A stretch of DNA of 64,000 nucleotides from Phycisphaerales bacterium (GTDB lineage: Bacteria; Planctomycetota; Phycisphaerae; Phycisphaerales; UBA1924). Position numbers and translations under genes: made by a program. The notes under the pieces were generated by a model that did not search any database, was not told the DNA's origin, and saw only the letters and a list, made by a program, of their open reading frames with translations. The stretch spans positions 13,458 to 77,457 of the forward strand of contig JAPKGU010000001.1 in assembly GCA_026647565.1 (NCBI GenBank). Direction: 5' to 3'. Below are positions 57,020 through 64,000 of the stretch, piece by piece (the first letter of the stretch is position 1; each line of letters starts with the position of its first letter).

Positions 57020-57826
57020 GTGCACCCGGTCGCAGTCGTCGCCCTGGGGCTGACCATCGGACTCGCGGTCCTGCTCGCGTTCCTCGCGCTCATCTACCTC
57101 GTCGCCCCGCTGATCGTCCGGTCCACCGCCTGGCAGGCCGCGGAGCCGTCTTTCCTCCCCCGCGAGCCGCAGCCCGGATCGGGAGAGGTCGACGCCTGGT
57201 TCGATGCCATCGGCCCGACGCTCGCCGACGCCGGCTACGGGGAGGCGCAGCGCTGGACCGTCCGCGGACTGCACCTCCGCTCCTCGATCGACCTTCTCAT
57301 CATGACCCACCGGCAGAAGAGCGTCGTCGCGAATGTCATCGCGATCCACAGCCTCGCCGGCTCCCTCTGGCGGCTCCAGGCGCGGGTGGTGGAGTTCAGC
57401 AGCCGGAAACAGAACGGCCGCGTCCTGAACACGACCAACACCCCCAGCCTCCTCCCGAGGACGGAGTGGCCTCACAAACAGGTCCATGTCTTCGACCAGA
57501 TCCAGGCACCGCTTTTCCTCGAGGCCGTCCACCTCGCACTCCGTGCCCGCGAGACCGATGCGACCTGGGAGCCCCCTCCCGCAGTCGTCGCCATGCCCGC
57601 GGCCTATATCCTCGGGATGCGGCAGGACATGGAGACGCTCGTCGCGGACGGGTGGATGCGCTTCGACCCGAAACGCAACCGCTACACGCTGACGCTTCGC
57701 GGCGCCTTCCCGCTCACATGGCGGGGGCTCTGGCCGGTCAGCCTGTTCGTGAGGCGCCGTCAGCGGCGGAAGGCGGAAGCGCTGCTCGCCGAACTGGGCC
57801 TCACCGAGGCGCCCCCGGTCACCTGA
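57020..57826 (+). CDS. Hypothetical membrane protein
   Basis: N-terminal TM helix VALGLTIGLAVLLAFLALIYLVAPLIV. No domain recognised. Confidence 0.45.
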   Translation: MHPVAVVALGLTIGLAVLLAFLALIYLVAPLIVRSTAWQAAEPSFLPREPQPGSGEVDAWFDAIGPTLADAGYGEAQRWTVRGLHLRSSIDLLIMTHRQKSVVANVIAIHSLAGSLWRLQARVVEFSSRKQNGRVLNTTNTPSLLPRTEWPHKQVHVFDQIQAPLFLEAVHLALRARETDATWEPPPAVVAMPAAYILGMRQDMETLVADGWMRFDPKRNRYTLTLRGAFPLTWRGLWPVSLFVRRRQRRKAEALLAELGLTEAPPVT

Positions 57827-57833
57827 CCGGCGT

Positions 57834-58727
57834 TCAGCGCCTGCGGATCGCCGCCGGGCCGGTGCCGGGCGCCCAGGGCTCCGGGAACCCCTCTGTCACA
57901 TCCCGATCCAGGAGTTCCGAACCGGCGGCGTAGATCATGCTCAGTCGCTGGGAGACGCATCCGACCGCCGAGCACTGCCACGGCCCGAGGTGGCGCCGGG
58001 CGTTGCCGCAGGACGAGGCCGCGAATTCTGCGTTGAGCTCGTCGATGATCGCCGCGCGCCGTTCGCGGACCTCCGTGACCGGCAGGGCGAGGAAATCCCG
58101 GGCGCGCGCGATCTCCGCGTTCAGCCGCGCCTCCCCCCACCACCCCTGCAGCATGTGCCGGACTTTCCCCTCCGACGTCAGGAACCAGATGCGGATGTCG
58201 CGGAGCCCCTGGTGGCCGTCGAACCGGTCCATGGACGCCTCGAAGGTATCGCGCGGCATCGCGGGCTGGCCCTCCGCACCCGGCTTCGACGGCCCTTCCC
58301 AGACCAGTTCGCACCCAGAGAGCGATTGCGTGACCGACTCGAGCTCCGTCGTCATCTGCATGAAAGATCCGAATCCGCGCGCCTCGTTCGCTCCGACCTG
58401 GACGACGATGACGAGCTTCCCGCGCGCCTTCGCCGCCTGCAGCGCCTCGGCGAGGGAATCCTTCCACTTCGGGATGTCGAGCCGGCGGAGGACTCGCCCG
58501 AGACGGGACCGGATCTCCGGATCGCTCGCGTTCTCCATCTCTGCCTGGAGCCGCTCGCGTGCGGGTTCTCCGAGCGCGAGGAGGTCGCGCTCGGCCGACT
58601 CCCGCACTTCCACCTCGTCCGCGCCCAGCGCGGTGACCAGGGCGCGGATCTGCGCATCCGGCTCCTCCGCGAACGGGGCGAGGGCGGACAGGGCGAGTGC
58701 GAGCAGCACGGCGGTGCGGATTCTCAT
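57834..58727 (-). CDS. Secreted hypothetical protein
   Basis: Signal peptide MRIRTAVLLALALSALAPFA. No domain recognised. Confidence 0.5.
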   Translation of the reverse strand: MRIRTAVLLALALSALAPFAEEPDAQIRALVTALGADEVEVRESAERDLLALGEPARERLQAEMENASDPEIRSRLGRVLRRLDIPKWKDSLAEALQAAKARGKLVIVVQVGANEARGFGSFMQMTTELESVTQSLSGCELVWEGPSKPGAEGQPAMPRDTFEASMDRFDGHQGLRDIRIWFLTSEGKVRHMLQGWWGEARLNAEIARARDFLALPVTEVRERRAAIIDELNAEFAASSCGNARRHLGPWQCSAVGCVSQRLSMIYAAGSELLDRDVTEGFPEPWAPGTGPAAIRRR

Positions 58728-58874
58728 CGGTTCCTCCCATCATAGACGCTCGCCGGCCCGGGAGGTTCGAGGGAAGTTGTGGAGAATCCGGAGGAAAAGC
58801 CAATGGCGCTCGATCGGTCCCCATGACCCTGCTGGTCTCTCGGCGGCCTGGCAATCCTCCGGCCTCAGCACTGC

Positions 58875-59231
58875 CTACCGCGCAGGCCGGTAGACAGTAA
58901 TAAATTTCCCGGCAAGTGGCGTCTCGGCCTTCACGCGGGCGTCAATGCTCCGGGCCTGGCGCTCAAAGTCCTTGTCCTCGGTACACGCTACGATGCCTTC
59001 ATGTTCCGGTGAGGCCGCGTGGAGGAGCCTGAAGTCATGGCGATTCAGGGTAAGCAACACCCGCTTCTGCACGCGAGCGAATGTCAAGACGTCGGCATCG
59101 GGGACGCCCCGGTTCGCATTCCCGGCCTCGAGGCTTGTGAGGACATCGTGGCCGAAGACCCGGAGGGCACGAATGACCTGAAGCGGAAAATTTTCGTTGC
59201 CATAAAACGCCGTCACCTCAGGCGCGCTCAT
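58875..59231 (-). CDS. DUF5615 (PIN-like/Mut7-C-like) putative toxin
   Basis: FYGNENFPLQVIRALRVFGHDVL and LLTLNRHDF fit the DUF5615 pattern. 14-nt overlap with the upstream DUF433 gene. Confidence 0.65.
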   Translation of the reverse strand: MSAPEVTAFYGNENFPLQVIRALRVFGHDVLTSLEAGNANRGVPDADVLTFARVQKRVLLTLNRHDFRLLHAASPEHEGIVACTEDKDFERQARSIDARVKAETPLAGKFITVYRPAR

Positions 59232-59640
59232 TCAGACCAATTTGCCTTTCAACGTCCGCCGCATTCTTCCGGACAAACTCCCACGCGTGCACGAGATCGA
59301 TCGCCCGCAAGGTCGGATAGGTAGCAAGAATCTCGACGTCCGTCAGGCCTTGACGTCGCCACGCCTCGAGCGTCCAGACGGGTATGCGAGTGCGGACAAC
59401 GCACGGATTTCCGCCACACACGCCCGGGATGGACTCGACGCCGGGGGATCCCGCGGCGTCTGCGGTGGGAGCCGACCGGACCTGCTCTGTGGTGTCAAAG
59501 CTGAAGCCACCACGTCGAGAGTTCGGCCGCAGATCCGCACTCAGGGATGCCGAAGCGTGGTTGTGCCCGAAGTAACGCCCGGGCTCGGGAGAGATATCCC
59601 AAAACGACCAGGTCGACTCGGCATGTATCGACGGCATCAC
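59218..59640 (-). CDS. DUF433 putative antitoxin (with extended N-terminus)
   Basis: PGVCGGNPCVVRTRIPVWTLEAWRRQGLTDVEILATYPTLRAIDLVHAWEF. Start uncertain. Confidence 0.7.
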   Translation of the reverse strand: MMPSIHAESTWSFWDISPEPGRYFGHNHASASLSADLRPNSRRGGFSFDTTEQVRSAPTADAAGSPGVESIPGVCGGNPCVVRTRIPVWTLEAWRRQGLTDVEILATYPTLRAIDLVHAWEFVRKNAADVERQIGLNERA

Positions 59641-59885
59641 TCCCCCTTCGCTTCCGTGGGCGCCGCGGTCATGAGAACGCGGTGCTGCACATGATAGACG
59701 GGGTTTCCGAGCTCATCCTTGACTCCTTCGACGCGGACGACGTCCAGGACCACTGTTTTCATCTTGATGGTGTGCCCGTCTGCCAGATCGTAGACGTTGA
59801 ATCCCTCCTTGGAGGCGAGGACCGCCACCGAAACGACCTCTTTCACGCCTTCTGGAGTGGTAACCATCCGCTTCTGTGCGCTCAT
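59637..59885 (-). CDS. Small hypothetical protein (82 aa), first gene of the DUF433/DUF5615 operon
   Basis: Its stop TGA overlaps the DUF433 start. Lower-GC sequence. No domain recognised. Confidence 0.45.
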   Translation of the reverse strand: MSAQKRMVTTPEGVKEVVSVAVLASKEGFNVYDLADGHTIKMKTVVLDVVRVEGVKDELGNPVYHVQHRVLMTAAPTEAKGE

Positions 59886-60059
59886 GCCCCATACTGTACG
59901 CCTCACCCCTGCTTGGGTCAAAACGAGAACTTGGAGACAGTCTTCCGGCTGTCGATTCGCCCGCAACAAGCTAATTTCGGGGACCACTTCGCCGCGGCAC
60001 TCCTTGTGCCCCGACCCCGCGCCGCTATCATCGGGGTCGCCCGGGGGAGCCCCCCGATC

Positions 60060-61463
60060 ATGCTCAAGCGCAACAGCCAGCTGATCGAAGCCGTCATGTT
60101 CGTCGCCGATATGAGCGTCACGGCGGCGGCGTGGGCGCTCGCCTTCTGGGTGCGGTTCGACTCGGGGCTCTGGCCCGCGCCGCTGGGCCGCCCGGACTTC
60201 GAGCACTACGCGCGGTTTCTCCCGGTGATCCTGCTGCTGGGGGCGTTCTCCTACCGTTACTGCCGCCTCTACACCCCGCGGCGGAGCGACTCGCTTCTGA
60301 GCGAGTGGTTCGACATCTCGCGCGCGCAGCTGCTGGTGTTCCTGCTCATGACCGGGGTGACGTTCGTCTACAAGACCTACGAGTATTCCCGGGGCGTGTT
60401 CGGGATATTTCTGCTGTTCAACGCTTCCCTCCTCGCCCTGGAGCGGACCGGCGCGCGGATCATCCTCCGCTGGGCGCGCCGCCACGGCTGGAACGTCCGC
60501 CGCGCGCTGATCGTCGGCGCAGGGCGGGCGGGGCAGCAGCTCGCGATCTCCCTCCGGAAGCAGCGGTGGATGGGGATCCTCCCCGTCGGATACGTCGACG
60601 CGCGCGACGAGCGGCAGGGGATGAAAATTCACCGCGTCCCCGTCCTCGGCCGCCCGGACGCCCTCCCGTCGCTCATCCGCGAGCACGGGATCGACCAGGT
60701 CTACCTCGCCCTCCCGGCGCAGGAACACCAGCTCCTCGAGTCGCTCGTCGCCTCCCTCGGCGAGGAAACCGTCGACGTGCGCGTCATCCCCGACATGGGG
60801 TCGTTCGACGCGCTCAACCACTCGATCGCCGACGTGGACGGCCTCCCCGTCATCCTCCTCCGCGAATCCCCGCTCTACGGCTGGAACCAGGTCCTCAAGC
60901 GGATCGCGGACGTCGCCTTCAGCGCCGTCGTGCTGATCCTGATCTCCCCCCTCCTCCTCGCGATCGCCGTCGGCGTCAAACTCACATCCCCCGGACCCGT
61001 CTTCTACGGCCAGGAACGGATGGGGCTCGACGGCCGGGTGTTCAAAATGTGGAAGTTCCGCTCGATGCGCATCGACGCCGAACAGCAGACCGGCGCGAAA
61101 TGGGCGGTGAAGGACGACCCGCGCAAGACGGCGTTCGGCTCCTTTCTCCGGAAGACCTCGCTCGACGAACTCCCCCAGTTCTGGAACGTCCTCGTCGGCG
61201 ACATGAGCGTCGTCGGCCCGCGCCCCGAGCGCCCCGTTTTCATCGACCAGTTCAAGAAGCAGATCCCGCGCTACATGCTCCGCCACAAGATGAAGGCGGG
61301 GATCACCGGGTGGGCGCAGGTGAACGGATGGCGCGGGAACACGAGCCTGAAAAAGCGCATCCAGTACGACCTCTACTACATCGAGAACTGGTCGCTCTGG
61401 CTCGACGCCCGGATCGTCCTCCTGACCGTGGCGCGCGGGTTCGTGAACCCGAACGCCTACTGA
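60060..61463 (+). CDS. Undecaprenyl-phosphate hexose-1-phosphate transferase (WcaJ/exopolysaccharide priming glycosylphosphotransferase)
   Basis: N-terminal TM helices, a central Rossmann-like region and C-terminal KMWKFRSM...DELPQFWNVLVGDMSVVGPRPERP...GITGWAQV. Confidence 0.85.
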   Translation: MLKRNSQLIEAVMFVADMSVTAAAWALAFWVRFDSGLWPAPLGRPDFEHYARFLPVILLLGAFSYRYCRLYTPRRSDSLLSEWFDISRAQLLVFLLMTGVTFVYKTYEYSRGVFGIFLLFNASLLALERTGARIILRWARRHGWNVRRALIVGAGRAGQQLAISLRKQRWMGILPVGYVDARDERQGMKIHRVPVLGRPDALPSLIREHGIDQVYLALPAQEHQLLESLVASLGEETVDVRVIPDMGSFDALNHSIADVDGLPVILLRESPLYGWNQVLKRIADVAFSAVVLILISPLLLAIAVGVKLTSPGPVFYGQERMGLDGRVFKMWKFRSMRIDAEQQTGAKWAVKDDPRKTAFGSFLRKTSLDELPQFWNVLVGDMSVVGPRPERPVFIDQFKKQIPRYMLRHKMKAGITGWAQVNGWRGNTSLKKRIQYDLYYIENWSLWLDARIVLLTVARGFVNPNAY

Positions 61464-61469
61464 GGTGAG

Positions 61470-62942
61470 ATGAGCGACCTCCCTCCCGCCCCGCCGCCCG
61501 CCCCCGCCGCGGACCCCCCGCCGCCGGGCGCGACCGCGCCGACCCTCGCCGCCCTCGTCGCCCTCGCCTTCGCCGTCCGCCTCGGCGCCTGCCTCCTCAA
61601 GGCCGTCGTCGCCACCGACGCCTACCACTACGTCCGCATCGCCCGGATGATCGCCTCGGGAAACTGGCACGACGCGATCGCCAACGGCTACCACCCCGCC
61701 TTCCCCGCCCTCGGCGCCCTCCTCGGCGCCCCGCTCGGCAGCGCCGCCACCGGACTCACCGCCGTCTCCCTCCTCCTCGGCGCCCTCACCACCCTCCCCG
61801 CCTGGTTCATCGGCCGCCGCCTCGCCGGCGACCGCGGCGCCCTCTTCGCCGCCCTCCTCGTCGCCGTCCACCCGGGACTGGTGGATGTGGGAAGCGACAT
61901 CCTCGTGGAAGCGACCTTCCTGTTCTTCCTGGTCTCCGCGGCGGCGCTGGTCCTCCGCGCCTCGGGAACGCTCGACCCCTGGAGCGCCGCCGGGGCCGGG
62001 TTCTGCGCCGGCGCGGCGTTCCTGACGCGCCCGGAGGGGATGGTCGTCCCGGCGGTCGCGGCGCCGTTTCTCCTCCTCGCCCCCGGCCTTCTCCCCCGCT
62101 TCGCCCCCCGCCGCTGGCTCGCCGCGGCGATCCTCGGCGGCGTCTTCGTCGCGACGGTGCTCCCCTACGCCGTCGCCGTCCGCGCCGTCTTCGGCCGCTG
62201 GATGATCACCCCCAAGTCCGGGGGCGCCGCGTTCCGCGCAGGCGCGCAGCCCGCGGCCGCCGGGGAATCGCAGCAGAAAATGAAAGAGTCCGCGAAGAAA
62301 AGCCGGCTGCACCTTCCCTGGACGTTCGCGCGGAAGTTCGGCGAGTCGCTCTACTGGCCGTTCGCGCTGGCGGTGATCGGCGCGGCGTTCGTGCCGCGCG
62401 GCCCGCCCGGCGGCCGCGCCGCGCGCGTCTTCCTCCTCGCCCTCCTCGCCCTCTACCTCCCGCCCCTCCTGCGCCTCCTCTGGACCTCGTCGTACATCAG
62501 CACCCGCCACCTCCTCGGCCCGGCCGTCCTCCTCCTCCTCGCCACCGCGCCCGCCGCCTGCGCCGCCCTCACCCCGCGCCTCCCCCGCCTCCGCCTCCTC
62601 GTCCTCCTCGTCGCCGCCGTCGCCCTTCCCAAATCCCTCCGCCCCGAACGCCGCGAGGAAATCGGGCTGAAGCAGGCCGGACTCTGGCTGCGCGAGCACG
62701 CCCCGGGCGAGCCGGTCGCGGGCGCCGAGAAGGTCGCGTACTACGCGGATGTCGTCCAGTTCAAGGTCCCCAGGGACCCCGCCCTCGTCCCCGCCCACAT
62801 GGACGAAATCCGCGCCCGCTGGCTCGCCCTCGTCGAGGACGACCACCGCGGCCTCGCCTCGCGCCTCGGCCCCGAGTTCACCATCGTCGCCGTCTTCGGC
62901 GAGGGCGACGACCGCGTGAGCGTGATCCGCTACTCCCCGTGA
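61470..62942 (+). CDS. Polytopic membrane glycosyltransferase (GT39/ArnT/PMT_2-like)
   Basis: Many hydrophobic segments. N-terminal loop DAYHYVRIARMI is typical of ArnT-like enzymes (motif-level only). Confidence 0.55.
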   Translation: MSDLPPAPPPAPAADPPPPGATAPTLAALVALAFAVRLGACLLKAVVATDAYHYVRIARMIASGNWHDAIANGYHPAFPALGALLGAPLGSAATGLTAVSLLLGALTTLPAWFIGRRLAGDRGALFAALLVAVHPGLVDVGSDILVEATFLFFLVSAAALVLRASGTLDPWSAAGAGFCAGAAFLTRPEGMVVPAVAAPFLLLAPGLLPRFAPRRWLAAAILGGVFVATVLPYAVAVRAVFGRWMITPKSGGAAFRAGAQPAAAGESQQKMKESAKKSRLHLPWTFARKFGESLYWPFALAVIGAAFVPRGPPGGRAARVFLLALLALYLPPLLRLLWTSSYISTRHLLGPAVLLLLATAPAACAALTPRLPRLRLLVLLVAAVALPKSLRPERREEIGLKQAGLWLREHAPGEPVAGAEKVAYYADVVQFKVPRDPALVPAHMDEIRARWLALVEDDHRGLASRLGPEFTIVAVFGEGDDRVSVIRYSP

Positions 62943-63080
62943 ACCCCGCACCCGCTTGCGCTCCCGCCGCTCCCGCACCATAATCGCCGCCACATCGCGC
63001 GCCCCGGCCGAAGGCGCCCGGTCCCGCCCGGATCCCGACCCCGCCGGATCCGCCCGCGATTCCCGTACCCGGAGACTCCC

Positions 63081-63923
63081 GTGCCGCGCCGCAACGACGA
63101 GGACTTCGAGTTCTACCTGAAACAGGTGGAGAAGGTCCGCCTCCTCACCGTCGACGAGGAAAAACAGCTCGGCCGCGCCATCCGCGACCACGACGACCCC
63201 GCCGCGCGCGAACGGATGATCCGCGCCAACCTCCGGCTCGTCATCTCCATCGCCAAGAAATACTCCAACCGCGGGATGACCTTTCTCGACCTGATCGAAG
63301 AGGGAAACATCGGGCTCCTCAAGGCCGTCGAGAAGTTCGACCCGGAACGCGGCGTCAAGTTCGGCACCTACGCCACCTGGTGGATCCGGCAGTCCATCCA
63401 GCGCGCCCTCATGGACACCGCCCCGACCGTCCGCATCCCGACCTACATGGTCGAGCTGATCAATAAGTGGAAGGCGGTCTCCCTCAAGCTCACCCAGAAG
63501 CTCGGCCGCAAACCCGACCCGACCGAGATCGCCAAAGCCCTCAAGATCTCCGGCCCCGCGGGCGAGGCGATCCGCCAGGCGCTCGCCACCAGCACCAACT
63601 CCGCCCAGCCCGTTTCCCTCGACCTCCTCTGGAAGGCGATCCACGACACCAACCGCGAGCCCGCCTGGACCCAGGAGTTCCCCGAGGACCTCACCGGCCA
63701 GATCCAGAAGTACCTCCTCAAGGTCAACGGGCGGGAAGCGGAGATCCTGAAACTGCGCTACGGCCTCGGCGACGGCCCGCCGCTCACCCTCCAGGAAGTC
63801 GGCGACAAGATCGGCGTCAGCCGCGAACGCGTCCGCCAGATCGAGAGCTCCGCGCTGAAGAAGATCCGGCTGTCGCTCAAGCGGACCCGGACCTCGAAGG
63901 AGGAGTTCGACGAGCAGGACTAG
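63081..63923 (+). CDS. Sigma-70 family RNA polymerase sigma factor (short RpoD/RpoS-like)
   Basis: Region 2 [11 protein letters not shown]...[41 protein letters not shown] and region 4.2 [31 protein letters not shown] start. Confidence 0.85.
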   Translation: MPRRNDEDFEFYLKQVEKVRLLTVDEEKQLGRAIRDHDDPAARERMIRANLRLVISIAKKYSNRGMTFLDLIEEGNIGLLKAVEKFDPERGVKFGTYATWWIRQSIQRALMDTAPTVRIPTYMVELINKWKAVSLKLTQKLGRKPDPTEIAKALKISGPAGEAIRQALATSTNSAQPVSLDLLWKAIHDTNREPAWTQEFPEDLTGQIQKYLLKVNGREAEILKLRYGLGDGPPLTLQEVGDKIGVSRERVRQIESSALKKIRLSLKRTRTSKEEFDEQD

Positions 63924-64000
63924 TCCCCCCACCCCCCACGCTTCTCCAGGACTCCCCATGCCCCCTCACGTCACCGACACCGACCTCCTCCGCGCCTCGA

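Noticed and set aside
59637-63959. 1440-aa minus-strand ORF spanning the WcaJ, GT39-like and sigma-factor genes
   Set aside because: Its translation is Arg/Gly/Glu/Pro-rich low complexity. It is antisense to three ORFs with clear family motifs. Only its last 82 codons (59637-59885) look like a real gene. This is a typical stop-codon-poor antisense artefact of very GC-rich DNA.
63958-64000. ATG at 63958 opening a + strand ORF (MPPHVTDTDLLRAS) at the window edge
   Set aside because: Only 14 codons are visible, which is too short to support a call.

Overview
High-GC bacterial chromosomal window with Planctomycetota-like gene content (PSCyt1/DUF1549/DUF1553, DUF1501, TAT-signal NHL protein). No rRNA genes or CRISPR arrays were seen. 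All calls come from reading the ORF translations and the DNA by eye; no database search was possible, so family names are motif-level recognitions.

Layout:
- (i) 1-3364: right end of an integrated element (small overlapping ORFs plus a tyrosine integrase) abutting tRNA-Asp.
- (ii) 3.6-22.7 kb: core genes. These include recA, a GNAT, an AstA/AstD-type succinyltransferase catabolic operon divergent from a YdcJ/HglS-family gene, and planctomycete-type cytochrome-c-domain proteins.
- (iii) Initiator tRNA-Met at 22.9 kb with two intrinsic terminators, then an accessory island. It carries DUF2924 plus a large serine recombinase (apparent frame switch near its 3' end), two unknown ORFs, a ParB-domain DNA methyltransferase and a class II Fic gene with a duplicated palindromic operator. 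A translationally coupled + strand block follows: tape-measure-like fragment, two unknown structural-looking proteins, SAM methyltransferase, Maf/DUF115-like protein, a mucin-like Ser/Thr/Gly-rich protein with an embedded Hint (bacterial intein-like) domain, and two DXD glycosyltransferases. copA-csoR follows.
- (iv) From about 39.88 kb: an abrupt shift to more GC-rich DNA carrying a large polysaccharide-biosynthesis region. It holds a degenerate and an intact asparagine synthase, a DegT aminotransferase, about 7 GT4 glycosyltransferases, a WcaJ-like priming transferase and a GT39-like membrane protein. Also present are Sua5/TsaC, an S9 peptidase, a low-GC DUF433/DUF5615 toxin-antitoxin islet and a sigma-70 factor.

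Most interesting candidate: the 32.6-36.9 kb cassette. A self-cleaving-type Hint domain sits inside a Ser/Gly/Thr-rich polypeptide bracketed by four putative modification enzymes on a serine-recombinase island.
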